Origin: a virus
Taxonomy: Duplodnaviria; Heunggongvirae; Uroviricota; Caudoviricetes
Virus record (IMG/VR): IMGVR_UViG_3300027807_000001
Location: 147,285-210,348 of that record
DNA: 63,064 bases
Reading direction: 5' to 3' (one strand)
A program made the translations under genes and the position numbers. Every line of letters begins with the position of its first letter. Position 1 is the first letter of the stretch. The notes beneath the pieces were generated by a model. The model searched no databases, was not told the origin of the DNA, and was given only the letters and a program-made list of their open reading frames with translations. This document shows, piece after piece, positions 1-9,343 of this stretch.

Positions 1-1866
1 AGGTACTCCGAAAGCAGATGATGCGGTCATCTTGTGAATATCTTTGCCGGAGGATATGTCCGCGATCATTTGAGGATCTTGAGAATACTGCGCCCAAAAT
101 CTAAACTCTGCTTGCCCGTAGTCAGCCTCAATAAGGGTGTGCCCTTTCTTGGCAATAAAGATACCGCGAATGGTCGAGTCTCTTGGAATGTTCTGTAGGT
201 TCGGTTCTGCCGACGACAATCGTCCGGTTACGGTTCCGTGTAGTTTATAAGTGGAGTGTATGCGCCCTGCATCATCTAACCACGATGACAATCCTTCAAT
301 AAAGGTGCTTAGCATCTTCGTAGTTTCGCGATATTGCAGCAATAACTTAGGGACAGCGTGCGTAGAATACGTTTCTGCTAGTTCGGTAAGGGTTGCCTTA
401 TCGGTAGACAAGGCTCCCTTCTTTGTCGTATGCTTTGTCTTGAATCCGTTCTTTTCAAAAAGAATCTCTCTAAGTTCTTTAGCGGAATTGATATTAAATG
501 CGCCCGTCTTTGCGAATAGCTGCGCCTGCAAGTCCTCTTTCTTGCGACTGTAGTCTACTCTCAATTTTTCAATATACTCCGTATCAACCTGTACTCCTAC
601 CAATTCTGTCTGTAGCAGTACCTCTTGTGCAGGATTCACTACTTGCCTATAAAGTCTGGTTAGATTTTGTGCGGCAAGTAATGGCTCGAACTTCTTAAAT
701 AGCCGGAAGGTGCAGTCGGCGTCTGCGGCATTATACTTTACCAATGTGGCAAAGGGAAGCATTATGTATTGCTTCTTAATGAGTTTGTTGGCTGCGAAAA
801 AGTCAGATACCTCTTTATCGTATCCACCCATGTCAGTGTACACCCACGCACAATCTTTTAATCCGTGAAGATTCTCGGCGTTCTCGTCAAGTAAGTGGTG
901 TGCTAACATTGTATCGAACCATACATTGGCGACAGGATACCCGTTGTATATCAAGTGTTTTAGGTCGAATTTTCCATTATGGAAAATTTTCTTTGAGGGG
1001 AGCGCTAATGCTTTCTGTAGGCGCGTCCTGATCTTTAGGAAGGTCGCATCGTCCCAAAAACAAGCGATGGGCTGCTCTATTAGATCCCCGTTTGCGTCGT
1101 ACGAAGGAATCTGGGATTTTAGAAGGGGCAAGCACCATCCTGTCCTCTCTTTCCAGGAAAATCCTATGCTGATGATTTGACTCTTTTGCCAGTCTAGCCC
1201 TGTGGTCTCCAGGTCTAGCGCTATTTCAGGTTCTGATTCAAGATGTTTAAATAGCTCATTTAATTTCTCGGGAGTGTCGGCGACTTGATAAGAGCCAAGG
1301 CCAATTGAGGATATTCCTACTGTCGTAGAAGAGGTATTAATGCGAGCGAGGTCTTGCACTGTTACCCCTTCATACTTTGGATTACGGAGAATAGCTGCCG
1401 GATGAAAAATTGGCATAATTTTGCAGTTATACTTATCAGACCAAATTTCCAATCCGCGCTTGCTTGTGATATTGACGTTCTTTGCCCCTAGGATATATCT
1501 TAAAGCGGTGTTGCCTGCGGGTACAATAATAGTAGGCTTGACTTCGGCTATTTCCTGCTCTAAGAAAGGGGCGCACGCTTCTATTTCCTCGTACTCTGGT
1601 TCTCTGACTGCTTTCGTAGTTCCTTTGGGGAGACAGCGCACAACGTTGGAGAAGAATACGTTTCTATAGTCTAACCCAGCTGCCTGCATTAGTTTCTTTA
1701 GGATGAGCCCTGCTGGACCTACGAAGGGTTGGCCGTATACATCTTCTTTCAAGCCAGGACCTTCTCCTATAATGAAAATTTTAGCAGAGGGATCGCCCGT
1801 ACCGTTTACTATGTTCTTCCGATCTTTGCAAAGACCGCATTTCGTGCAACCTGCATTATCTATCAT
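1..1866 (-). CDS. polA: Family A DNA polymerase with N-terminal family-4 uracil-DNA glycosylase domain and 3'-5' exonuclease (3' end runs off the window)
   Basis: Manual translation from ATG 1866; position 1 is in the same frame. UDG4 motifs: CTKCGLC, IIGEGPG, PFVGPAG, NVVRC, EACAP, FHPAA. Exonuclease motifs: ALDLETTG, HNGKFD, YNAADAD. PolA motifs: GTVTGRLSSAEPNLQNIPR, EADYGQAEFR, DIHK. Absent from the ORF track because there is no stop in the window. Confidence 0.95.
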   Translation of the reverse strand, partial: MIDNAGCTKCGLCKDRKNIVNGTGDPSAKIFIIGEGPGLKEDVYGQPFVGPAGLILKKLMQAAGLDYRNVFFSNVVRCLPKGTTKAVREPEYEEIEACAPFLEQEIAEVKPTIIVPAGNTALRYILGAKNVNITSKRGLEIWSDKYNCKIMPIFHPAAILRNPKYEGVTVQDLARINTSSTTVGISSIGLGSYQVADTPEKLNELFKHLESEPEIALDLETTGLDWQKSQIISIGFSWKERTGWCLPLLKSQIPSYDANGDLIEQPIACFWDDATFLKIRTRLQKALALPSKKIFHNGKFDLKHLIYNGYPVANVWFDTMLAHHLLDENAENLHGLKDCAWVYTDMGGYDKEVSDFFAANKLIKKQYIMLPFATLVKYNAADADCTFRLFKKFEPLLAAQNLTRLYRQVVNPAQEVLLQTELVGVQVDTEYIEKLRVDYSRKKEDLQAQLFAKTGAFNINSAKELREILFEKNGFKTKHTTKKGALSTDKATLTELAETYSTHAVPKLLLQYRETTKMLSTFIEGLSSWLDDAGRIHSTYKLHGTVTGRLSSAEPNLQNIPRDSTIRGIFIAKKGHTLIEADYGQAEFRFWAQYSQDPQMIADISSGKDIHKMTASSAFGVP

Positions 1867-2005
1867 TGGTCTTCCTCTGGATTAATTCCATATGAATCAA
1901 ACCGGAGCCTTTGCAAGTGGGGCAATGCGCTCTATCTCCTTTAACATAGCATTCCGGACAGATTTTTGAAACTATAATGGGCATACGCGTAGCTTTCTTA
2001 GTCAT
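1856..2005 (-). CDS. Small zinc-finger protein (DnaJ-like CxxC...CxxCxGxG)
   Basis: MTKKATR start with AAGGA upstream; CPEC and CPTCKGSG motifs. Confidence 0.6.
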   Translation of the reverse strand: MTKKATRMPIIVSKICPECYVKGDRAHCPTCKGSGLIHMELIQRKTNDR

Positions 2006-2015
2006 CTGGCGTCCT

Positions 2016-2399
2016 TTACTTCTTGGGATTTTTGCGCGGCTTCTTGGTAGGTTTTTTGAAAACAATCGGCTTACCGTTAAGATCTTTCATATCAAAGCCG
2101 AACGTCTGCAGGAGTTGCTGAGCAGCAGGGTCATCTGACTTAAGCAGGATAATACCCACCATTGTAAAAAAATCTCTTGGCAGTTTATATCCTTCATAGA
2201 AAACTACTTCCTGGACAGCGGGTGAGGGAGGTGCTGCAGCTGGCGGAGTGCCGGGAGATTCGGCTGCAATCAAATCGGCCACTCTCTTCGCCTCTGTTCT
2301 CTTGAGATACTCCACAGCGGTTTCTCCAGGTTTTATATCCGGTTCTACTTCCCGCTGCAACTTCTTTATAAAATTTATATCTAGCTTGTTGTTTGACAT
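2016..2399 (-). CDS. Hypothetical protein, basic C-terminus
   Basis: 127-aa ORF packed in operon; preceded by TGTAATA-N6-ATG. Confidence 0.7.
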   Translation of the reverse strand: MSNNKLDINFIKKLQREVEPDIKPGETAVEYLKRTEAKRVADLIAAESPGTPPAAAPPSPAVQEVVFYEGYKLPRDFFTMVGIILLKSDDPAAQQLLQTFGFDMKDLNGKPIVFKKPTKKPRKNPKK

Positions 2400-2417
2400 A
2401 TTTTATATTACAACAAG

Positions 2418-2819
2418 TTATAAGTCTTTTAGCTTGGTCGTAAATTCGTCGATTATTTTTTGTAAGTCTTCCAATGTGGGGGAGTAAGCTTCTTTTGATT
2501 TATCAACTAAAAACAAGTACTGCTCTACTCCAAATTTACGGATGTACCACGCGCGAGACAAATCGGGGTCGCGATATTCTAAAAAATTACATTTGTTGCA
2601 TGCACCTATGACATTTTTGTCGCACCAGCGCAAAATCTTTCGGCGTCTGCGCACAAAATGAAAGCAGCACTGTATCGGATTGATTCCGCAGAGAGGGCAT
2701 TTTCCGTATAGGCTGACGGATATTTTTCGTACATAATCACTTAGCGCTTTGTCCGCCTTCTTATGGGCGCGGCGCAGCTGTACTCGAAGGGGAATCTTTC
2801 TCTTCTTTTTCTTTGCCAT
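2418..2819 (-). CDS. NinG/Rap-like HNH-type recombination endonuclease
   Basis: ADKALSDYVR, CPLCG, HFVRRR, LRW..NV..ACNKCN pattern resembling lambda NinG. Confidence 0.75.
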   Translation of the reverse strand: MAKKKKRKIPLRVQLRRAHKKADKALSDYVRKISVSLYGKCPLCGINPIQCCFHFVRRRRKILRWCDKNVIGACNKCNFLEYRDPDLSRAWYIRKFGVEQYLFLVDKSKEAYSPTLEDLQKIIDEFTTKLKDL

Positions 2820-2822
2820 AAA

Positions 2823-3470
2823 CTAAACGTAAGTAGTTATCACTTTTTCCCCTACTCTCTTTAATCTAATAATTTTATCAGCGCCCTTTATTACCCCTTC
2901 TTGATGGCTGACTAAAATAATTTGTCTCTGTGTTAATTTAGAATATTGTTGAAGAAATAAGCCAAATCTTTCTTGGTGATCTGCGGAAAGCTGACTTCCT
3001 ACCTCGTCTAGCACTACGGCTCCTTCAATCTTAGGATGATGAAGATCTATGCATACTAACCGAAGAATGGTAGATACTATCGCTTTTACTCCTCCGGCTT
3101 CGCATCTGACAATATTTAAAAACTGCTTAAGATTATCATCCCAAAGCTTGAACTCTACAGATACAGCACTTCTCTTATTCTCAAATACAATTTTAAACTT
3201 TAGCGCTTTATCTCCATACACCTCTTGGATAGCTTGAGTGACTATCGACTCTATTTTACCAATACTTCTTTCGCGGGTCTCTTCTGAAACAAGCTGCAAC
3301 AGTGTGGACGTTTTTAGGTAGACATCTGCAAGGTCTTCTGCTTCTGCAATGGTCTGTAGATTTTCTTTGTACTGCTTATTCAGAATCTCCTGCTGACCCT
3401 CAAGATTGCGGAGCTTACTTTCAGCGATAGCGACATGTTTTTCAAACTGCTCTAGAGATAGCATCTTCAC
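2823..3470 (-). CDS. Rad50/SbcC-like ATPase, C-terminal half
   Basis: Coiled coil, then signature-like EAGG, Walker B VVLDE, D-loop-like GSQLS, H-loop LVSH; no Walker A. Confidence 0.85.
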   Translation of the reverse strand: MKMLSLEQFEKHVAIAESKLRNLEGQQEILNKQYKENLQTIAEAEDLADVYLKTSTLLQLVSEETRERSIGKIESIVTQAIQEVYGDKALKFKIVFENKRSAVSVEFKLWDDNLKQFLNIVRCEAGGVKAIVSTILRLVCIDLHHPKIEGAVVLDEVGSQLSADHQERFGLFLQQYSKLTQRQIILVSHQEGVIKGADKIIRLKRVGEKVITTYV

Positions 3471-3519
3471 CTTCGAGAATAATCAGCTATTAAGATCTTA
3501 ATCTCATGTAACGCTCTTT

Positions 3520-3711
3520 TTATAATCCTCTTACAGCATTATGTAGCTGCTGTATGGGTATTGCGCTTAAGGGAATAGAAAATTTTTTGACGTCTTTCGG
3601 AGTAAACATACTCACTGAGTAGGAACTATGTACTGAATCCATCGATATTTCTACTATATATCCCTTGTTACGATGTTCTTTAATAATCTTAAGAGGATCT
3701 TTTTGGGCCAT
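3520..3711 (-). CDS. Hypothetical protein
   Basis: 63-aa ORF overlapping upstream gene; GAGG upstream. Confidence 0.55.
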   Translation of the reverse strand: MAQKDPLKIIKEHRNKGYIVEISMDSVHSSYSVSMFTPKDVKKFSIPLSAIPIQQLHNAVRGL

Positions 3712-3919
3712 TGTAATTTACCTCATCGAAAGAAATTTCGTCTTCCTTAATTACAATACTATTATTTGCTACTACCATTGAAATATTAACGCGAGTAGTA
3801 GCTTTTGTGATGTCGTATTCAATATCAACAGACTGCACTCCACCTATTTTCTTGCCATTAAAGTAAACAACTTTATTAAAAACGTTGTCGCACCCTGTCT
3901 TAAGCTTTTTCTTAGCCAT
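3689..3919 (-). CDS. Hypothetical protein
   Basis: TAATG-coupled 76-aa ORF. Confidence 0.6.
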   Translation of the reverse strand: MAKKKLKTGCDNVFNKVVYFNGKKIGGVQSVDIEYDITKATTRVNISMVVANNSIVIKEDEISFDEVNYNGPKRSS

Positions 3920-4179
3920 TATAGCAGCTCCTTGGGGAGATTGCTTTTTGCCAGTTCATCCTCGATATGCTTCTGCAAGCGAGACACTACGTTGGCTAAA
4001 TTGCTGGGAGTAAGTTCCTCTACGGGAACTACTCCCAGCTCTCTGACTGTTTTATATAAGGCTTCAATATCTTGAAGAAGTTTCTGCTTCTCTTCGTTAA
4101 GGAACTGCTCACGAGACTGGGCAACTGCCTCCTTCTTCTTGAGATCAGAAAGTTGGTCCCTTAATTGATTTATCTTCAT
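3919..4179 (-). CDS. Small coiled-coil protein
   Basis: Heptad-rich 86-aa ORF, TAATG-coupled to queD. Confidence 0.65.
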   Translation of the reverse strand: MKINQLRDQLSDLKKKEAVAQSREQFLNEEKQKLLQDIEALYKTVRELGVVPVEELTPSNLANVVSRLQKHIEDELAKSNLPKELL

Positions 4180-4670
4180 TAGCGGGGGTAAGCGGGTTCG
4201 GATAATTTCTTTGATTGCTGTGCCAGATATTCATTTACCAATTTAGAACTGTAAGTTGCTTCCGCGCCAGGAGTCTCATACCACTTTACCTCTACTAAGG
4301 TAAGTTCTTTTGGGAGTTTCTTTTCAAGTTGATAAAACGCCCACTTAGCGAGATACTCGGCTGTCGGAGGTTCAGGGGTTATGATATACTTCTTATTTCG
4401 TGCGGTAACAAAATCTCGATCTTTTTCGTCGCGGGACCACACAGCAAACCCATGATCTAGTACATCGTGAATTTCCGTTGTCATTAATTCTTTAAGAATC
4501 TTGAAGTCGAATACCATCCCTTGGCTGCTACTTCCTTCTGTTGCATTTACTTCTCCTTCTACAACTGCGATAACCCTTGCGCGATGGCCATGAAGTTGAT
4601 TGCAAAACGAAAAGTGATTTGGAAGAGTATGCCCGTAATCAAGTCCTATTTCTCTGCTAATTCTAACCAT
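4179..4670 (-). CDS. queD: 6-carboxy-5,6,7,8-tetrahydropterin synthase
   Basis: GHTL..H...C..LHGH, GMVFDF, LDH, PTAE.LA, YET motifs. Confidence 0.92.
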   Translation of the reverse strand: MVRISREIGLDYGHTLPNHFSFCNQLHGHRARVIAVVEGEVNATEGSSSQGMVFDFKILKELMTTEIHDVLDHGFAVWSRDEKDRDFVTARNKKYIITPEPPTAEYLAKWAFYQLEKKLPKELTLVEVKWYETPGAEATYSSKLVNEYLAQQSKKLSEPAYPR

Positions 4671-4743
4671 TTATATGTCCTCTCAAGATTCCTACAAAAT
4701 TCAAGTTTCGCTATGACGCTTTACTCCCTTCGGAAATCCCAAT

Positions 4744-4974
4744 TTAACGACCTCTCTGCATGGGAGAGTAAACATTGCCACGTCCAAGTGCCCACCCTAC
4801 CGTTGGCTTTACGAAATGAATCTGCCCAGTGCGTCGCAGTTCTTGGAGGACGTTATCTAGCCTCTTTTCGTCACGGGTGCGTAGCGTACGCGCTAACTTT
4901 CCGAACTTGAGTGGTCCATTATTGTTAAGCGCGGTAATAACTCTAGCTTTTAGATTAGCAACTGCAAGGTTCAT
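4744..4974 (-). CDS. Small basic winged-helix-like protein
   Basis: Helix-turn-helix plus wing pattern (LARTL...LDNVLQELRRTGQI...GW); AGGAG RBS. Confidence 0.55.
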   Translation of the reverse strand: MNLAVANLKARVITALNNNGPLKFGKLARTLRTRDEKRLDNVLQELRRTGQIHFVKPTVGWALGRGNVYSPMQRGR

Positions 4975-4982
4975 CGTGTCTC

Positions 4983-5903
4983 CTAGGCTAATGTTTTAGC
5001 CGTTTTTATTCTATCAACTGCTTCTTTAATGATATTTGGTGCTACTTTATTTGCGATTCCTACTTCCTGAATTAACTTTTCTATATCTTGACTTTCAAAC
5101 TGTGTTTGTGCTATGCTGTCAATAAACTGCTTAAGATTTAACTCGCTAGATTTAAGTTGATCGTGAAGAGCAATATCAAAGATTAATTCGCCTTTAGGGC
5201 ATCCTAAAGATATCTTTTCATGGTATACCACCAATTCTTCAGGAGTTGCTTCAAAATATATTACAGAAGGATCAATATCTTTTTCCGCAATACTTGTGCG
5301 AGTTAACACTCCCGGGTTTACAATATGTGTGTTGGTCACAGGGTTATATTTTTCAAACGGCGGATGAAAGTCGCCGCAAAATATAAAGTTGTTTTTAGAG
5401 ACCTTTAGCACGTCGTCAACAAATACGTGCTCGAAAGGCGCTACTTGGGGTGTCACCATATTATGACTAAATAGTATAGTAGGAAAGTCAGTCCCATATA
5501 GGGCTGCGGAATGCTCTCTGGTGTGCCCTATCCCTCTGATAGGAATGTCTAGCAGTACTGCGTCTCCTTCTAATTTCTTAATGGTGTTAGAAGTGAATAG
5601 ATTGCCGAGAGCTGTTCCGGGTACCCCATCTCTGCAGCCCTGGAGATCATGATTGCCGACGATCGAGTAAACGACACAAGGAAATTCTTTGATGTAGTCG
5701 GTTACCTTATTGACTAGCCAAATTTCCGGGCGTGCCTTATCAAACACATCTCCGAGAAAGAATACGAAGTCTACGTCTTTCTTTTCAGCAATATCACGAA
5801 TTTTTCTTAGCTTGAGGAACTGCGCCTCAAGAAAATTGTCGATTCTTTTAACAGGAGTGTAGTCGCAAAAATGCGCGTCTCCGACGACAAGAGCTTTGAA
5901 CAT
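4983..5903 (-). CDS. sbcD: Mre11/SbcD-like calcineurin-family nuclease
   Basis: GDAH, LGDVFD, GNHD, SH, GDFH, NPG metallophosphoesterase motifs. Confidence 0.9.
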   Translation of the reverse strand: MFKALVVGDAHFCDYTPVKRIDNFLEAQFLKLRKIRDIAEKKDVDFVFFLGDVFDKARPEIWLVNKVTDYIKEFPCVVYSIVGNHDLQGCRDGVPGTALGNLFTSNTIKKLEGDAVLLDIPIRGIGHTREHSAALYGTDFPTILFSHNMVTPQVAPFEHVFVDDVLKVSKNNFIFCGDFHPPFEKYNPVTNTHIVNPGVLTRTSIAEKDIDPSVIYFEATPEELVVYHEKISLGCPKGELIFDIALHDQLKSSELNLKQFIDSIAQTQFESQDIEKLIQEVGIANKVAPNIIKEAVDRIKTAKTLA

Positions 5904-6077
5904 TTATTCCTTGTGGATTACCACTTTCCCTTTGTAGTACCCTATTACTCCTGCTCGGAGGAAATGCTCACGAAATTCTCCTTTCCAGGGGTTAGCGAAA
6001 GAGGTGGTGGATATTTGTGTCATCATGTCTGCTATCTCTTTTGCGTTGACAATGATCACATAATCGTTTTCAATCAT
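5904..6077 (-). CDS. 57-aa hypothetical protein (below ORF-track cutoff)
   Basis: MIENDYVIIVNAKEIADMM...GKVVIHKE*; TAATG-coupled upstream and abuts the sbcD start, filling the gap exactly. Confidence 0.65.
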   Translation of the reverse strand: MIENDYVIIVNAKEIADMMTQISTTSFANPWKGEFREHFLRAGVIGYYKGKVVIHKE

Positions 6078-6520
6078 TACGATATGATACCTAGATCGCG
6101 TGCTTGTTCTAACGTTAAAGTTTTTTCTGCGCCGACCATTGCTTGGAGAGTTCTTTTAGACCACTGCTTACCAAATCCGATGGTTTTCTTAATGAACTCT
6201 ACCGCTTCAGCATCCGCTTGTACTTCCAGATTCTTTGCGCGCTCCGTTTCTTTAAATTTTATATCTCTAAAGTCTTTTGTCGTCACAGCACCCTCTTTCC
6301 ATTGTCGGTAGTGGGCCATCTCGTGCAAGAAAGTAAATAGGGCCACGTCTTCGGGGGATAGGGTAACTCCTAGCACTTTAGATATCCTCTCAGCTTTCTC
6401 TTCTATAGCTTTGAGATTCACATGCATTTGTGGTCCATCTGTATCTACACTAAAAGCGCCCAGCGTCTTTCCTATACGTAATGGATTAGGTATAGTTGCG
6501 GTTTTCGAAGTTTTACTCAT
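6077..6520 (-). CDS. Zincin-like (HExxH) metalloprotein
   Basis: FLHEMAHY with downstream E..AD..A motif; AGGAG RBS. Confidence 0.65.
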   Translation of the reverse strand: MSKTSKTATIPNPLRIGKTLGAFSVDTDGPQMHVNLKAIEEKAERISKVLGVTLSPEDVALFTFLHEMAHYRQWKEGAVTTKDFRDIKFKETERAKNLEVQADAEAVEFIKKTIGFGKQWSKRTLQAMVGAEKTLTLEQARDLGIIS

Positions 6521-6529
6521 AAAATCTCC

Positions 6530-7228
6530 TTATTTATCTGAAGCAGTGTAGGCGGCGACGATCTTCTTTACTAGCGGGTGCCTTACTACGTCTTCGTCTC
6601 CGAAGTGAACAACTCCAATCTCTGGTACTTCTTTTAAAACTTTAACAGCGTGGGTAAGACCGGAAGAGCCCTTCTGGGGGAGATCAATCTGAGTTACGTC
6701 GCCAGTTACAATGCTCTTTGATCCTGCACCAAGACGTGTTAAAAACATCTTCATTTGCTCCTGGGTTGTGTTTTGGGCTTCGTCCAAAATAATAAAAGAA
6801 TTTTCAAGAGTTCTGCCTCGCATGTACGCGAGAGGGGCAATTTCGATTGTGCCATTATCCCACAAACTCATGAACTTATCAGGTCCTATCAAAGCAATGA
6901 ACGAATCGAAGATTGGCCGTAAGTATGGATTGACTTTCTCCTGCAGATCTCCAGGCAAAAATCCTAACTTCTCCCCTGCTTCTACAATAGGGCGTGAGAT
7001 TACAATTCTATTAACTGTTCCGTCCCGAAGTGCTTTTAAGGCACAGGAAACTGCTAAATAGGTCTTGCCTGTTCCTGCTGGACCAACTGCAAAGGTTAAT
7101 TCGGAATTAGCAACTGTTTCTAGATAAGCTTTTTGCTTAGGGGTGCGTACCGTTAAAGTTTTGAGAATAAACGTAACCGGAGGAAAAGAGTCATCTTCGT
7201 CGGAGGTGTATCTGCGTTTTTTACTCAT
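6530..7228 (-). CDS. phoH: PhoH-family ATPase
   Basis: [54 protein letters not shown]; start at MSKK with AAGGA RBS. Confidence 0.96.
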   Translation of the reverse strand: MSKKRRYTSDEDDSFPPVTFILKTLTVRTPKQKAYLETVANSELTFAVGPAGTGKTYLAVSCALKALRDGTVNRIVISRPIVEAGEKLGFLPGDLQEKVNPYLRPIFDSFIALIGPDKFMSLWDNGTIEIAPLAYMRGRTLENSFIILDEAQNTTQEQMKMFLTRLGAGSKSIVTGDVTQIDLPQKGSSGLTHAVKVLKEVPEIGVVHFGDEDVVRHPLVKKIVAAYTASDK

Positions 7229-7236
7229 GTATTCCT

Positions 7237-8220
7237 TTAGACTTTTAATTTTATTTCCTGACCACACACATCACAAATAGGGGTCTTTATCTTTTCTTCA
7301 TCTATTTGTGCCTCAAGTGTTTCTCTTGTTGTAGCTAGCGTTTTAATATACATTTGAGTATTTACAATAGACTGCTGGGTTGCAACTATTTTGCGATTGA
7401 GATCTTGTAGAGGCTGCAGTACTTCTTGCTGCAAATAAATTAACTTTTCCAATCGAGCAATTTCTGCGGGAAAGTCAATGGCCTTAAGATTCTGCGCTTC
7501 TTGATAATCTTTCTTCCACTGTAGTGCTCTGGCTACTAATGTATTCCCTTTCTGTTGCAAACCAGCCACTTTCTTTAATTTCGATAGGCGCTCTTGTTCA
7601 TAAGCGACGGTCTCTCTGAGATCCTTGATATTTTTAAACGCTTTAAGCTTATCTAGCAACTGAATATTATTTTCCTGTAAAAATTGCACCTCTGAGGATT
7701 TAGTCCTTCTGTCCTTTGACAGATCGCGAAGAGCGTAGTCTATCCAGTGTAATCCTGACAACTTGCTTAGCACCCTTGTTCTGTCAGTACCAGATGTGTA
7801 CAGTAAGAAAAGGGGATCGTCTTGGTTTGCGATATTCGCGAATAGGGGATCTTTGACCCCGATATCGATGGGCATTACGCCTAGGGCAGAGGTGATTTCG
7901 GGTGGAAGAGTTGTTCCGAATGCTTCAAAGCGCTGTGTTTCTTTTCCGTCAGTGAGCAGAATTTTATTGACTTTTAAACTCTTCTGGCGAATAATTATCT
8001 TGCCAGAGGAAAGTTTTGCAGTAATCTCCGTATATTTGGAATCAAATCGCTGATAATCTTCATACCAATTATTATACAGGAGGAAGTCGAGAGCCCTTAC
8101 GATGCTGCTTTTGCCGGAGCGGGTAGATCCTACTATGACGTTAAAATAAGGAGAAAATTCAATTGAGGTACTGCTGTGCGTTTGAAAATCAGCTACTTTA
8201 AGTTCCTTGAGATAAATCAT
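7237..8220 (-). CDS. Rad50/SbcC-like ATPase, N-terminal half ending at zinc hook
   Basis: FQTH, Walker [10 protein letters not shown]-loop ANQDD, coiled coil, terminal CDVCGQ hook. Confidence 0.85.
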   Translation of the reverse strand: MIYLKELKVADFQTHSSTSIEFSPYFNVIVGSTRSGKSSIVRALDFLLYNNWYEDYQRFDSKYTEITAKLSSGKIIIRQKSLKVNKILLTDGKETQRFEAFGTTLPPEITSALGVMPIDIGVKDPLFANIANQDDPLFLLYTSGTDRTRVLSKLSGLHWIDYALRDLSKDRRTKSSEVQFLQENNIQLLDKLKAFKNIKDLRETVAYEQERLSKLKKVAGLQQKGNTLVARALQWKKDYQEAQNLKAIDFPAEIARLEKLIYLQQEVLQPLQDLNRKIVATQQSIVNTQMYIKTLATTRETLEAQIDEEKIKTPICDVCGQEIKLKV

Positions 8221-8384
8221 CCTAATTTCCCACAGCTAGGGCATAGTGTTGCATCTTCCATTATATTCTCTCGAAGGTCATTTCCTCTAAGGTAAGAAAA
8301 GTAGCATTCGAAGCAGAATTTATACTTACAATACCTACAAGTATAATAAGGAGTAACTAAGCAGCATAGGAGCTGCTGGGTCAT
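8217..8384 (-). CDS. 55-aa Cys-rich zinc-finger protein (below ORF-track cutoff)
   Basis: MTQQLLCC...CRYC...CFEC...CPSCG*; TAATG and ATGA overlaps with both neighbours. Confidence 0.65.
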   Translation of the reverse strand: MTQQLLCCLVTPYYTCRYCKYKFCFECYFSYLRGNDLRENIMEDATLCPSCGKLG

Positions 8385-9256
8385 TAAGTCTTCCGCTGAT
8401 TATTATAAAGAATGACGTGCTCTCTGGGAGAGTAGCGGTACCCATTTTCCATGCATATGTCGTTGACAGCAGGTCCATGAGCTAAAATCTCATCTCGAGT
8501 AATACCCTCTGGCATCAGGTAGATGCGGTGTGGTGGTAACTTTAACTCTTTCTGGATCTCTTTAATTTCCGAAAGATCTTCAGGGCCTGTTACAACGAAC
8601 TTAAGATAAGAGGGGTATCTCTTCAAAAGAGCGTCCAGTACTACGTAATTCACCCGAAGCTTTGAGTGTTCTTTCTCAAATGGCGATCCAAACGGTGTTG
8701 ATGACTTAAGCTTCGGAGATATTGAGAATAAAATATTCCCTGTAAGATCAAGAGGTTCTTGCCCCTTTCTCTTCTGCTTAGAATTAATTTCAACATATTT
8801 TGTACCATTAGTCTCGACGGTAATGTGGAACCCTGTTACTAACAGCGCTAATGATAAATCTGATAGATTCGTGCCCCATAGAGTAGGCTCGCCGCCGCTG
8901 ATAATTGCGTGGGTGATAACTGCTTTTCTATCGGTTCCGTCGTCATTTTTAGAAGCCAGCTGTATCGTTTTATCATATATCTGCTGAGTCGTCATCGGAT
9001 TATTTAAATCAGGATTCCAGCTAGTGAAAGGCGTGTCGCAAATATTGCGAGATCCTGTTTTAGGATCCGTCCAGCGACAGCGGAGGTTGCAAGTAGACGT
9101 CCTGATTAAGATAGAGGGAGTGCCTACTAGGGGTCCTTCTCCTTGTGAACATCTGTAGATTTCCGAAACTAGAATTTCTCTTTCTGCGGTATTAACCACA
9201 GTTTTAGTAGTTTCTGCAATCACTGGTGTGGTTACTTCAGCGGTCTGCTCTGACAT
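8384..9256 (-). CDS. queE: 7-carboxy-7-deazaguanine synthase (radical SAM)
   Basis: SEIY..QGEG...G.P...IR...CNLRC...CDT, ISGGEP, VETNGT, ISPK, KFVV, LMPEG, SPR.H. Confidence 0.92.
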   Translation of the reverse strand: MSEQTAEVTTPVIAETTKTVVNTAEREILVSEIYRCSQGEGPLVGTPSILIRTSTCNLRCRWTDPKTGSRNICDTPFTSWNPDLNNPMTTQQIYDKTIQLASKNDDGTDRKAVITHAIISGGEPTLWGTNLSDLSLALLVTGFHITVETNGTKYVEINSKQKRKGQEPLDLTGNILFSISPKLKSSTPFGSPFEKEHSKLRVNYVVLDALLKRYPSYLKFVVTGPEDLSEIKEIQKELKLPPHRIYLMPEGITRDEILAHGPAVNDICMENGYRYSPREHVILYNNQRKT

Positions 9257-9314
9257 TTAAATCCCCTTCCATGTGTTGAAAACAAGAATATTGCGAATTT
9301 GCTGGCTCTGATAT

Positions 9315-9343
9315 ATTATACACTCTTGCAGATTCGAGGTAAA
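9315..9343 (-). promoter_or_regulatory. Putative sigma70-type promoter upstream of queE
   Basis: TTTACC-N17-TATAAT on minus strand. Confidence 0.4.

Noticed and set aside
251-1944. Plus-strand ORFs at the left end
   Set aside because: Antisense shadows of the UDG-PolA gene
3465-3540. Possible frameshifted extension of 3520..3711 (RIIKRALHEIKILIADYSRR in the -1 frame)
   Set aside because: No slippery site; could be chance or a single indel. Kept only as a caution that indels may exist in this assembly.
4671-4743. preQ1 riboswitch upstream of queD (also checked before queC and queE)
   Set aside because: No preQ1-I stem with A-rich tail recognisable
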